Below are positions 31,354 to 44,563 of a DNA stretch of 64,000 bases, in pieces. Both the position numbers and the translations under genes were made by a program. How positions within the stretch are numbered: position 1 is the first letter of the stretch; the number at the start of each line of letters is the position of its first letter. The stretch is from assembly GCA_000165345.1 (NCBI GenBank), contig CM000436.1, forward strand, positions 800,001 to 864,000, in the 5' to 3' direction. The notes under the pieces were generated by a model. The model saw only the letters and a program-made list of their open reading frames with translations. It searched no databases and was not told the origin of the DNA.

Positions 31354-32156
31354 ATTGAATAAAGTATTAATTACAAAGCAGTTAGTAATAATTAACTTTT
31401 TTTTTTTTTTTGCAATTGCGCGTAGCAACACCTAACCATTTACTATAAATATTTAAATCAAAAAAAAAAATTGAAATAAAAAAAGTTTAAAAATTAGTAT
31501 TTTTACAAACCAGAATATTTATCACAGTTTCTAAGCGACTTTTTACAGATGTAGAACTTCCTAATCGTGAAATGAAAAAAAAAAATTAAGTAACAAAGTG
31601 ATGAGCAGGATAAACAAAATACTTTGTGAAATAATGCTTATTCTGTACAGCAAGTTTTAACCATTATTAATTCAAATTATCAATATCTTATTAATTAAAG
31701 ATTTCCCATGTAAGACGAAACGTATATTCGGCACCGGGAATAATATGGCGCTTTAATATATGTCTCAGAAAGCAATTAGTAACTGTTATAAAGGTAAGTT
31801 ATGTTAAAGGCAATTTGAGGATATACTAGTGCCAGTGTCTACGTACAGATCTTATGTATGCCTGAAATACACGCTATTAATGCATAGCTGGAGAGAGAGA
31901 AACGTATAGAGGGGTAGCAATTCTTATGGTTTCTAGTGACTGATACTAGCATAAAAATAACATATTACATACAAGACATCTATATTTATGCCAGTAAAAA
32001 GCAAAAATAAATTTTTCTGGCGGTTATACAATGCATTATAAAACTTGTCAATTTATGTGTCGGTTCTAAAATTCTGATAAATTTTAATTATTGCAATATA
32101 AACTCTAGAATTCAAATTATCTAGAGTCATTTGAATGCTCAGTTACATATTTAAAT

Positions 32157-34616
<2,460 letters not shown>

Positions 34617-34995
34617 CGTCACACAGACTCTAATACAATTTATCACTTAATATAGTCTTAAATTGTATTATTATAGTTTATTGCAATTTTTCACTAATCT
34701 GTATATTATTGTTTTAAAAATTTAGGAATAATTAGTAACTCACTACTTTAAAGTAATTTCTTATTATTGAATTATTGTCTTGGAGATATTTGTGCTAAAG
34801 ATCAAAATTTTTGAATTGAATATATATCTTTCACTCCCTTGAATGAGATAAATTTTTTTGTGGTTGATTCTTTCGGTTGTGTGAAAAAAAAAGAATTGAA
34901 TGCACACTTGTGAGCAAGAATATTTTTGGAAGAACATGAATGGAAAAAATAATTATATTTAATAAAACTTGATTAAATTATTGCTTTAGTGTAAA

Positions 34996-37245
34996 ATGCC
35001 TGAGAAAGGAGGTGTTGTCTTAAAAATTAAACATGCAGCAGAAAATTATAACGAAGATAAAAAAGATGGAAAAATTGCTGCAAAGAAGCAAATAGAGCTT
35101 GAACACAATGCAGCAAAAGCTATTATGAACTTGAGACATAGAAGAGATTGTAATGGAGAAGTCACCAGGTTTTCTTGGTGTAGCGACCCATTATGTAGAA
35201 TGTGGTACGATATGACTCAATTTTTTGGCTTTTTGGGAGAAGATATTATTGATACAGATATTGATAATGCAATTATTTCTGTAGCAGATGGAGGAAGTGG
35301 AATATATGAAAGGTTAATAGTTCTTGGGCACAGAATTCTTGACGCTACAGGAAAGGAATATGCAGTAAAAAAATATATGAATTCAGGTATAGATGGCATG
35401 CCTAAAGAAATTAATAAAATAGTTGGTGAATCTAATAAAAAGTTACTTGTCTTTTTAAAAATGCGTTGGTTGAGTAATAATGTATGTTCTATAGAATGCC
35501 TTTCAAAATTTGCAAAACGGTACTGTCATTATTGTAAAGCGGAATTGAATTCTGATTCAAATAAATGGGACGATATTAAATTATCTAAGTATGTCAAGTT
35601 TTGCATTTCATTTTGTATTTACGGTCAGGGAATAATAGATTGGAACAACCCACTAAATATTGAAAATAAACTTTGCCAAAGATTCCCTTGGTTAGAAGTA
35701 TTAATAAGAAGCATGGATATGAGCATACTTAATCCTTCTATGCAAGATGATGGAAAGTTCCTATCAGCTGAAGGTATAAGAAATGCAAAAATTTTGGGAA
35801 TTTTACACAGGCACTTTGGATACAATAGAGGGAAAAAAGATATTCCCCCCAGAGTTTTATTTGCATTAAACACGCCTGAAGGGTCTCAGCTACCTGAAGA
35901 AAAGACTGGACAAATGATTTTCAGTCATTATATCAGTCATTATTTCAAGGCAGTAGCTTCTGAGCATGGCTTTACTGGAATTGATATACTGCACTGGGTA
36001 GAGAAAGAAAAAAATATTTTATTACAAAGCAATGCTGTAGAATTATTTGCCTTAATAGACTTGGAGCTAGGTGAGGTTTACTCTAATGGCGTATCATCAA
36101 AAATAGAGGAGAAATTTTCAAGATATAGAGGGTTATTTTTTTCGTTAATTGCAAATATGTTTGTACTATGCGAAGATGATAAGAGTGCACAAATATGGTT
36201 GCAAGAGTTAGTTACATGTGTTAGGCAGATACAACTTTACATAATTGAGTTTTGTGAGTACAGTAATTCAGAGTCCATGCAAAAAGTTAATAGCATTCCC
36301 CAAAATGAGGTTTTCACTATTTCAGAAACTTCACTTGATCATACTCATGTCCCTGACATTTTTACAGATTTGGAGCCTGAAGAAATAATATCATTTATTA
36401 GTTTACTTGAAAAATGTAAATCACCAGCAATTGTTGACGCATTAAAAGATGTAATATCAAGTTCAAAAAACTGTGTCAATGCAGTTACTGAAATCGCCTC
36501 CATTCCACACAAATGGTTAAATGAAGCTATCATTAAATTTGCAAAGTTTTCTAAGCATGAAGCAAAGAAAACAGTTAAGAAGTGTAATAAATTTAACTTG
36601 TTTAGCGAATCTTGCAATGTAGAATCAGATAGTAGCGAACAAGAGCACTCAAAAAATACAAATTTGGAGAAACACGACAAAAGGAGCAAAGAAACTACAT
36701 CAAAGGATAGTAAATGTAAAAATTCAAATAAAGATATAGACTTTAATTTAAAAATAGAAAGTTCGAAAAATATTCACTGTGCGAAGGCTTTAGGTCCAAT
36801 TTTAAGACCTGTGTCTCTTAAAGCACGAGATGATGAACTTGGCCTCGAAATTCAGCCGGTTTCTCTAACATTTATTGATGAAGAAGGTAACCCTGTACAT
36901 TATACTTTAACTCCAAACTCTAGTGTCATTCCAAATGGAATAGTAAAGCCGATAGGTGAAATAGTTAATGAAAATACAAAAGATAACGCAATGAAGGAAA
37001 ATGACAACTCAACACCTAAAAATAAATCATTACATGTTTTTTCGAGAAATATTGGTAGAAGCAGATCGCCCAATCAAAGAAATTTCGAAAGAAGGGAACA
37101 CGGAGTGTTTATATGTGGTGATTTCTCTGACCATACTGAGGAAAATAATCCTATAAGAGTTTATAAAGACCAAAGGGATTACATGAAATTTAGCGGATAT
37201 AATACAAATGATTTTCCAATCAACAATGGTTATTATCATGACTAA
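34996..37245 (+). CDS. Hypothetical protein (749 aa) with Cys/His-rich segments
   Basis: The ORF is long and uninterrupted with a clean ATG. The Cys-containing segments (CSDPLCRMW, CSIECLSKFAKRYCHYCKAEL) suggest a zinc-binding module. No family was recognised. Confidence 0.45.
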   Translation: MPEKGGVVLKIKHAAENYNEDKKDGKIAAKKQIELEHNAAKAIMNLRHRRDCNGEVTRFSWCSDPLCRMWYDMTQFFGFLGEDIIDTDIDNAIISVADGGSGIYERLIVLGHRILDATGKEYAVKKYMNSGIDGMPKEINKIVGESNKKLLVFLKMRWLSNNVCSIECLSKFAKRYCHYCKAELNSDSNKWDDIKLSKYVKFCISFCIYGQGIIDWNNPLNIENKLCQRFPWLEVLIRSMDMSILNPSMQDDGKFLSAEGIRNAKILGILHRHFGYNRGKKDIPPRVLFALNTPEGSQLPEEKTGQMIFSHYISHYFKAVASEHGFTGIDILHWVEKEKNILLQSNAVELFALIDLELGEVYSNGVSSKIEEKFSRYRGLFFSLIANMFVLCEDDKSAQIWLQELVTCVRQIQLYIIEFCEYSNSESMQKVNSIPQNEVFTISETSLDHTHVPDIFTDLEPEEIISFISLLEKCKSPAIVDALKDVISSSKNCVNAVTEIASIPHKWLNEAIIKFAKFSKHEAKKTVKKCNKFNLFSESCNVESDSSEQEHSKNTNLEKHDKRSKETTSKDSKCKNSNKDIDFNLKIESSKNIHCAKALGPILRPVSLKARDDELGLEIQPVSLTFIDEEGNPVHYTLTPNSSVIPNGIVKPIGEIVNENTKDNAMKENDNSTPKNKSLHVFSRNIGRSRSPNQRNFERREHGVFICGDFSDHTEENNPIRVYKDQRDYMKFSGYNTNDFPINNGYYHD

Positions 37246-37560
37246 TAATATGAGTTATTGAAATTATTATAGAGCAGTTGGGTAATCAGCGTTACTAGAT
37301 CATTTAAATAATAATATATTTTCAAAAATTTGTAAATTTGAATATTTTAAACAGATTGTTACTTTAGAATTTTTAAAGCAATTAGACTAATAATTATTTC
37401 TAATTACAAACATTATATTTGATAAATCAATTAAATCTATATGTTTTCCGAAGAAATCAACACATAGATGTCTTGATAGTTAATTTGTTCAAATTTTAAA
37501 ATTTGGGGTAAACATAAAAATGTCTTGGAGGGAATTATTAATTATTTAAATAAAAGAAAA

Positions 37561-39246
37561 ATGAGAAAATTTAAACTAATTTATGAACCAAATACTCTCA
37601 TAACAACCTTTTCAAAAAATAAATTTAGCAGATTTAATCAAATATTGAAGCTTTTAAAAAATTCTTCTCAATTTATCATTTCTGAAAAAAAAACAGGTTT
37701 ATTTTGGATCTCACATAAGAATAAAGGAGATTGGCATGAAACAGATAATTTAATACCTAAATATTCAAACTATAAGGACCCTAAAATAAGTATAATTACA
37801 AAAGTAAAATCAATAGAAAATCACCTTGCGTCTATAGAAACATCGAAAAGAGTAGAAAAAAAAGTGCCAACAAATAGCGCGGTTAGATTATTTCATGTGA
37901 GCAATATGGTAATAAAGCTCCTACTTGGATCTGCGAAAGAAACGTATAGTGATTATAAGCAGGGAAATGGATTTTCAGTAAAGGGAAAACTATTAGGAAA
38001 TGAAAATATTGAAGCAGTAAATCAAACAGTAAAGTTACTAAGGGGGGTAGCACTTAAGTTTGCACAGTTTATTAATCTAAATAATATTGGTATTCCTATT
38101 GAGTTATCGAATGCACTAAATGATGCAAAAAAAAATGCGTTTGCAATTCCAATCTGCCAAGTACATAAATTAATGGAATCAGAGTTTGGGAATGGTTGGA
38201 AGGAAAACATTTTTGCCTATTTTTGTGAAAATCCCTTTGCAGCAGCTTCAATTGGACAAGTACATCATGGAATTCTTAAAGATGGGCAGTCTGTAGCTGT
38301 AAAAATTCAATATCCTAACATAATGAAGGCTATTTTATCGGACATAAATCTATTTCAATTTGTAAACAGTTATTGCCGAATTTTCCCAAAAGGGCTATTT
38401 ATTAATGAGCTGTTGGCTGAGTTAAAAAAAGAATTAATTTCTGAATGTAATTATGAAAATGAACTTTTATTTTTGAAATATTACAGGGAAAAAATCATTC
38501 CCACTATGAATATGTATGATTTAAAAGTGAATTTTTATATACCAACAGCATTTAATCATCTTTCTACAAAAAAAATTTTGACAACAGAAAATATGAATTC
38601 AGAAAATACAATTGAAATCTCATCTTTGTTCCAAGATAATGTAAAAAGTACATTTGGCTTACAAAATACTATGGAGTTGAGGAATTCAATAGCAGAGTCA
38701 CTTCTTTATTTGACATTACATGAACTTTTTATTTTTAGAACGCTTCAAACAGATCCAAATCCTGCAAATTTCCTGGTGGATTTGAGGAAAAATCGAATAA
38801 TATTGCTGGATTTTGGCGCAGTAAGATCATATTCAGAGGATTTTGTTGATGATTACATTAACATGATTAGATTCGCAATTAGTGGATCGGAACCTGATAT
38901 CATTAAACAATTCATTAAAATGAAATTTATTTTGGGGACTGAAAGTGAAGATTTCATTAAATTGCACTGTGATGCAATCAAAATGGTGTCTGAGGTGTTC
39001 AAGTATTCTCCATCCCCATTTGACTTCTCAAAAAGTGAAATAGTTGCAAATATTTCAAAAATTGTCCCAAATATATTGCTAAACAGAGAAACGCCCCCTC
39101 TTTCTGATATTTATTCACTACACAGGCGTATCGCTGGATTCTTTATAATTTGCAGTCGTCTTGGAGCAGCGATAAACTCACATAAAATATTCAATCAAGT
39201 ATTGGAGAAATATAATACGAGAAGAGTTAAATCAACTCCTAACTAG
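37561..39246 (+). CDS. ABC1/ADCK (UbiB/COQ8-like) atypical kinase, probably mitochondrial
   Basis: The ABC1 signature reads AAASIGQVHHGILKDGQSVAVKIQYPNI. The kinase-like core with HELFIFRTLQTDPNPANFLV and ILLDFGAVR (DFG) follows. A basic N-terminal presequence begins at the first ATG at 37561; the track start at 37525 is TTG. Confidence 0.8.
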   Translation: MRKFKLIYEPNTLITTFSKNKFSRFNQILKLLKNSSQFIISEKKTGLFWISHKNKGDWHETDNLIPKYSNYKDPKISIITKVKSIENHLASIETSKRVEKKVPTNSAVRLFHVSNMVIKLLLGSAKETYSDYKQGNGFSVKGKLLGNENIEAVNQTVKLLRGVALKFAQFINLNNIGIPIELSNALNDAKKNAFAIPICQVHKLMESEFGNGWKENIFAYFCENPFAAASIGQVHHGILKDGQSVAVKIQYPNIMKAILSDINLFQFVNSYCRIFPKGLFINELLAELKKELISECNYENELLFLKYYREKIIPTMNMYDLKVNFYIPTAFNHLSTKKILTTENMNSENTIEISSLFQDNVKSTFGLQNTMELRNSIAESLLYLTLHELFIFRTLQTDPNPANFLVDLRKNRIILLDFGAVRSYSEDFVDDYINMIRFAISGSEPDIIKQFIKMKFILGTESEDFIKLHCDAIKMVSEVFKYSPSPFDFSKSEIVANISKIVPNILLNRETPPLSDIYSLHRRIAGFFIICSRLGAAINSHKIFNQVLEKYNTRRVKSTPN

Positions 39247-39371
39247 GCCTGTTCTACTAGAATTCGTGGAATCATATATAGTTTATATTTGAAAATGCTA
39301 AGTTTAGTGCATCAATAAAGTTAAATTCACCAAAATTTTTAGACCCATTAATAACGTTTTTCTGATAAATT

Positions 39372-41012
39372 TTACTCAAATTTAAAATCTACATTCGAAT
39401 CAGGATTATACTTAAATTCTGGCTCAGCACTTTCAATTGTGTCAAAAATTTCTTCGTGATCATCTTCGTATTCATACGGGAAATAGGAAACAATGATATG
39501 GAATGCCTTTTCGTAAATAGCCTTTGAAGGAGCTTCTTGAAGCTTCTCAAGCCTAGATAGTCCATAAGCTTGTTCTACAAGGGCGCAATATGGATTCTCT
39601 TGAAGGCCACGTTCATGTTGCCTTATCGCACCTGTCTTTAGAATATTCTCAATTGCCTCTAGAGCTACGTTGATTACCTTCGCATCCTCAATGCTGAGCA
39701 AGTCACAAAGAGGTTTGATCACCCCCTGGCTAACTAAATATTCAATTTGTTCGACAGTGCCTCCTGTTGTCGCATTAGAAATCGCCCATGCAGCTTCCTT
39801 TTTCACATCAAACTCTGCAGTGTTTAGTAGATTAACTAATGGAACAATTAATCCGTTATCAATAATTTCTTGGATTTGTTCTTTGTTTCCTGCTGTAATA
39901 TTTGACACAGTCCAACAAGCTTCTTTCCTAATTACCTTCTTGGGAGAAGATAAAAGTTGTAAAAGGTACTTTGCAGCTCCGCATGATAGAACCATCTGAG
40001 TTTGTCTATCATCACCCGTAACAATATTTCCAACACACCTAAGTGCAGGAGTCTGAACAAGGGGTGATGGATGGCCCAAAAGCTCTACAAGTCTGGGGCA
40101 TGCTTCGCTCCTTAGTACCGCCTCAACACGATCATTGGGCCCATCTGAGATATAACTAAGCGCCCAACAAGCATCTGTCATAACTTCCAAGTCAGAAAAA
40201 TATAAAAGTCTACATAGCACTGGTAGTGAGTGAGACACCATTTCGAATGGTGGCGGTGGCCTACCTCTACAAAGGTTGTTAACCGTCCAAGTTGCTGTCC
40301 TTAGTATGCTGGTCTTACCACTAACCTTGCCACCTACTGTACTCGGTGATTTTACATTCATCATTTGTTCGTTGTTGTCCAATGGGCCTATTTCTAGCGC
40401 AATTAATTGTAGGATTGGTGGAAGCGCACCTGCTCTCAATACTAGATCACGGCAATTCGCAGAATCACCCGCTATATTACCGAGCGTCCAAATAGCTTGT
40501 TCTTTAACTTCAAGTTTTGGACTATTTAAAAGTTCAACACATTTTGGAATCGATCCGTGTCTAACAACTTCACAAGTTTGCTCAGTAGTACCAGACGATA
40601 TATTTGTTAAAGTCCATGCAGCTTCGAACTGAAGATTTGGGTGGTCATAATCACTTAAAAAGTGAACCAAACGAGGGATCACCCCAGCGTCAATAACTGC
40701 CTGAATTGGTGGGTTGTGCTCTCTAGAAAGCAGTCTTCTTAAGCCTTGTGTTGCTTCAAACTGAGTAGTGAATTCTTGACTCATTATTCCCTGAGATAAT
40801 GCCGGAATATGCTCAACACCGTACATATTTCCTGATTGGATATTCATACCCATAGATATATCATTATTTTCACCATCGTTTCCTTGACGTCTCTTACTAA
40901 GTTGTTCATCACGTTGTTGTTTTCGAATTTGCGCTTGCTGTTCTTCACGCTTCCTTCTAGGGTCATCAAAGGTCTTTTTATAAGCCTTCTTATGGGTTTC
41001 CAACTTATCCAT
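39372..41012 (-). CDS. Importin alpha (karyopherin alpha)
   Basis: The N-terminal importin-beta-binding (IBB) basic domain (KRRQGNDGENN..., RRKREEQQAQIRKQQRDEQLSKRR) is followed by tandem ARM repeats with conserved W/N NLS-binding residues (WTLTNISSG, WALSNI, WAISNAT). Confidence 0.9.
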   Translation of the reverse strand: MDKLETHKKAYKKTFDDPRRKREEQQAQIRKQQRDEQLSKRRQGNDGENNDISMGMNIQSGNMYGVEHIPALSQGIMSQEFTTQFEATQGLRRLLSREHNPPIQAVIDAGVIPRLVHFLSDYDHPNLQFEAAWTLTNISSGTTEQTCEVVRHGSIPKCVELLNSPKLEVKEQAIWTLGNIAGDSANCRDLVLRAGALPPILQLIALEIGPLDNNEQMMNVKSPSTVGGKVSGKTSILRTATWTVNNLCRGRPPPPFEMVSHSLPVLCRLLYFSDLEVMTDACWALSYISDGPNDRVEAVLRSEACPRLVELLGHPSPLVQTPALRCVGNIVTGDDRQTQMVLSCGAAKYLLQLLSSPKKVIRKEACWTVSNITAGNKEQIQEIIDNGLIVPLVNLLNTAEFDVKKEAAWAISNATTGGTVEQIEYLVSQGVIKPLCDLLSIEDAKVINVALEAIENILKTGAIRQHERGLQENPYCALVEQAYGLSRLEKLQEAPSKAIYEKAFHIIVSYFPYEYEDDHEEIFDTIESAEPEFKYNPDSNVDFKFE

Positions 41013-41279
41013 TGTCGCTATTATCCCAATTTATAATATTTTTTTTAACCCACAGTTAACTATTACTCTCACTTACTTAAAAAAGTGGAATTTTGTGGCG
41101 GCAGTTTATTCCCGCATGAATGAATTTTTATCCATCTTAATCAATATACGACTCATTGAAAAATAATTTTGTATAAATACTAAAAAATTTAAATATACAT
41201 CAAGTACAATTCACACCGCCAAGTCTATCTCGATTATAAAATAATTTGTAACTTTATTATTTGATTTTGTTAATTAATA

Positions 41280-41809
41280 ATGAAGGATGTATCTGCTATA
41301 AGTGGATTGATGGGTTCATACCTTCTAAAAGGATGGATAATGTTAGGCGATGCTTGCCCATCTGTAAGTATCAAATAAATTCAAAATATTCTTAACTCAG
41401 CTAGTGTGAAGAGGTACCTTTATTAGAAGATCCTTCGAATGGACTGAAGTATTGTATGAAATGCTCTCCTCCAATGATATCCAGTAGAAGCTCAAATAAT
41501 AAATTAGCTGAATCGTTAAGCAACGAAGAAAAACTGAATATGTTCACTAATATCGAAGCAGACTGCACTAATAAAGAAAGTGGTAAAATAACAATTAAAA
41601 ACACTCTCGAAGAAAACGTTAACCATATGGTAGTTGAAATATCAAAAATAGGTGTGAGCGCATTAAACAGCGCAGATTTTAGTATAGAGAGGAGGTAAGT
41701 TATTTTTTTTCTTAAACTACGGTTAATTGCTTAAAGACTAGATATTGTTGACAAGGCGGCAAACACCATACACAAATTACTTAGCATCTATATGCTCGAC
41801 TATAAATAA
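41280..41809 (+). CDS. SSSCA1/p27-family zinc-ribbon protein (Auto_anti-p27 domain), three exons: 41280..41363, 41405..41694, 41737..41809
   Basis: Exon 1 encodes MKDVSAISGLMGSYLLKGWIMLGDACPS and ends at TCT|GTAAGT, followed by a 41-nt intron ending in CTAG. Exon 2 (containing track ORF 41456..41698) begins CEEVPLLEDPSNGLKYCMKC, completing the zinc ribbon CPSC...CMKC. Exon 2 ends at AG|GTAAGT, followed by a 42-nt intron ending in TTAAAG. Exon 3 reaches TAA at 41807-41809. Confidence 0.6.
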
Positions 41810-41868
41810 TGTATGTAATTGGCTCTAATTATTTCTGAAATTAAACTGGAATATTTGCACCTAACGGG

Positions 41869-43734
41869 CTATTTTTCATCTCTTTGTTGAGCAGCTTTAA
41901 TGAACGCCTCTTCAACTTTTCTTCTTGCATCCGGTTTATCGCCTTTTTCTTCTCTCTGTTGATTTGAATCGTTTGCTACAGATTGAAAAATTGAGCCAAG
42001 TTCTATGAGAGCTAGTGCCCTTTGCTTTCTTGTATTTAGATCAACTCCCATATCTTTCACTAGTTTCTTAGCAACTGTCCTGATTGTATCTTCAATGTCC
42101 ATTATTGTGATCTGAAGCATTGTATCCAATATAAGTGGTAACGTCTCTTCGAACTGCTGTTGTGTTCTTGCTGATTCCTCTGCATCTTGTTCCAAATTAG
42201 ATTCATAGGTGCGTTCATTTTCTGCAGTTCCACTGGATTTTTTTTTAATAGACGACTGCAGACTTTGAGCTGCCATAGCTGTTCTAATTGCAGTAGATGC
42301 CATTTTCCAAGTAGATGCAACATTCCTTGTCTTTGCTTGAAACTTGGCATACTTACCTCCTATTCCAAGAAAGGTGTCAATTTTTCCTAAGTATTGAGAA
42401 CCATAATTTTCATAGCTCCAGCCAATTGCCTCAACCATTGCGTCACAAAACGAATCGTTACATAAACTTTTTGCTTCTTGAGAAATCGATTCTCTCCAAT
42501 TAATAAGAATCTCTGAAGTTTCAATTGGAACTGATTTTTCAGCATCAAACTCTTGCAGTATAGGAGTAATTATCTTTCTCATTTCTATTGCGAGTAAAAT
42601 TGTTCTTTTATTTTGTTCGTTTTCAATTGCTTGCTCCATCTCTATTGAATTTCCAGCACCATTTTGACCATTATTGGTGGAGGCAATTTCAACAAGAGAA
42701 ACCATCTTCAGTTTGCCTACATACTTTTCTAAACTATCAGACCCAAATAAAATTGTGAAAATCAAATTCGAATCAATAACGGGCATATCATAAGTAGCAC
42801 CAATTCCATATTCATCATATCTTTTCCTGCGTTCAGGATCAGCAAGTATTTGATAAGCTTCGCCCAACTTTTGAAATTTATCTTTTGCGTCTGCATCATC
42901 AGGATTTTTATCTGGATGGTACTGCTTTGCCTTCCTGTAATATTGTCGTCGAATTTCATCTGCATCTGCATTTGGCGAAACAGATAACAAATCATAATAA
43001 GTTGTATCTACAACATTTTTTGAATCTAAATTTATTGATTCTTTTTTATCATAATCACTAGCTTCATAATTATCATTTTTTTGTGAATATTTTATTTCCT
43101 TTTCCTTAAGTCGCTGAATTTCATCATCTAACGAATAGTAATATTCAATCCACTGTCTGTTTTTTTTGTCCCATTTCCTCCCCTTATTACTTTCAGTTAT
43201 GGCCTCTGGAGTATTCGCTACTCCCCTCGCCATTTGGTATCCGGCAACTCCAACAGCAGTTACAGGTAATGCAACTGCTGCAACTAAACCAGCGCCCATT
43301 CCTTTGAAAAACCCAGATACACCTTCGGTAGCAGCTCCGACCACAGGTGCGGCGACTAATGTTGCAACACCAGCTGCAACGCCCTTCCCCACTGTCTTCA
43401 TTCCGCTGCTAAACCCTGCCATTGCATCTCTCGGCCGTCTTGTTGAAAACAAGCCACCCAAAACACCTTCATCGCTATATAATAAAGAGTTCATGTCTTC
43501 ACCTGAAATATTCCTAGATCCTGACTGAATAGCTAATTGATACCAAGAAGAAGTTGATTCATCAAATGAAGTACTTCCAGGCTCAATTTTAGAATACCTT
43601 TGGTTATAGGGCAGCTCCTCAATATTTGCCTCGGATTTGGATCTTTCTTCAGGCCTCTCATGCTCGACTATATTCGATGAAGTAGCATCCGACAAGAATG
43701 CATTATCTTTCACATTACTTCGTTCTTGCTCCAT
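41869..43734 (-). CDS. DnaJ (J-domain) protein with Gly/Ala-rich hydrophobic segments
   Basis: The J domain reads DYYDLLSVSPNADADEIRRQYYRKAKQYHPDKNPDDADAKDKFQKLGEAYQILADPERRKRYD (HPD motif). The hydrophobic tract GKGVAAGVATLVAAPVVGAATEG precedes it. Confidence 0.8.
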   Translation of the reverse strand: MEQERSNVKDNAFLSDATSSNIVEHERPEERSKSEANIEELPYNQRYSKIEPGSTSFDESTSSWYQLAIQSGSRNISGEDMNSLLYSDEGVLGGLFSTRRPRDAMAGFSSGMKTVGKGVAAGVATLVAAPVVGAATEGVSGFFKGMGAGLVAAVALPVTAVGVAGYQMARGVANTPEAITESNKGRKWDKKNRQWIEYYYSLDDEIQRLKEKEIKYSQKNDNYEASDYDKKESINLDSKNVVDTTYYDLLSVSPNADADEIRRQYYRKAKQYHPDKNPDDADAKDKFQKLGEAYQILADPERRKRYDEYGIGATYDMPVIDSNLIFTILFGSDSLEKYVGKLKMVSLVEIASTNNGQNGAGNSIEMEQAIENEQNKRTILLAIEMRKIITPILQEFDAEKSVPIETSEILINWRESISQEAKSLCNDSFCDAMVEAIGWSYENYGSQYLGKIDTFLGIGGKYAKFQAKTRNVASTWKMASTAIRTAMAAQSLQSSIKKKSSGTAENERTYESNLEQDAEESARTQQQFEETLPLILDTMLQITIMDIEDTIRTVAKKLVKDMGVDLNTRKQRALALIELGSIFQSVANDSNQQREEKGDKPDARRKVEEAFIKAAQQRDEK

Positions 43735-43907
43735 TATTATTATCTGATTAAATTACTAGTTACATTATGAAGTTTAGTTGAACTTGCAAAAAAACACTCA
43801 CATTGGCGCCTAAGTATCATTATCTCGCAAGATTGTCACTAAATGCATGACTTGAAAAGATAATTACAAAAGATAATTAATTAAAAATCTTATCTATCTA
43901 TAATAAT

Positions 43908-44468
43908 CTAAAGTTTTCTGTTGATAATTGCAATATCGTCTATCGAAAGATCTCGCCCAATTAATAGTCTTTTGCTAATAGCTCTGTGTAAGCTCTATCA
44001 AAAGTTATACAGTAAATTTACATAGAAATAATCAGTAATCGACTTACAGACAACGTAAACGCTTCCCCCCTAGCTCTATCGTTTTGCTCGTCGAGAAGCT
44101 TGAATAAATCCATTAGCCACGTGTTTGGTGATTTTCCTTCATCAATGTGCCTAATGACAATCACATGAAACGTAGAATCTATTAATACTTACTTAATGAA
44201 TCCTAATGGAATTTCTTCTTTTGATAGACTTGAATCCGAAAGAATGCTTTGCGCACTAACTAACAGGTTAATATATTCCTGGCTTAAAACAAAAATGATT
44301 AATTTAAATTTTAAGTAATAAAACTTACACATCGTTTTTCAATTTGTTTGAACTATCTGTATTTTTATGGCTACTAGAGATAACTATTTCGTTAGTAATG
44401 GTTGTTAAGTTTCTTATAATGTTAATGTAGCACTCTAAGAGAGGGTCTATAGATACCTTGTTCTCCAT
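43908..44468 (-). CDS. Mediator complex subunit MED10 (Nut2) homolog, four exons: 44468..44329, 44282..44193, 44150..44048, 43994..43908
   Basis: This gene is absent from the ORF track. Three introns of 46, 42 and 53 nt all carry GTAAGT donors and AG acceptors, and the frame is maintained. The product is MENKVSIDPLLECYINIIRNL...QEYINLLVSAQSILSDSSLSKEEIPLGFIKHIDEGKSPNTWLMDLFKLLDEQNDRARGEAFTLSSLHRAISKRLL.... The segment IPLGFIKHIDEGKSPNTWL matches the MED10 core (VPLEVFEYIDQGRNPQLY). Confidence 0.6.
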
Positions 44469-44563
44469 TCTTCCTATATTAATTCTGCAAATGGCTTAAC
44501 TCTTGATATATTTTAATATACAAAAATTAATCGGCAAATTGCCACGCGAAAAAAAAAACCTTT

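Noticed and set aside
31354-31431. N-terminal extension MLLRAIAKKKKK... of the La protein
   Set aside because: The lysine run is a translation of the poly-T tract of the promoter region. The conserved protein begins at the downstream Met (MTEIKK), which I used as the start.
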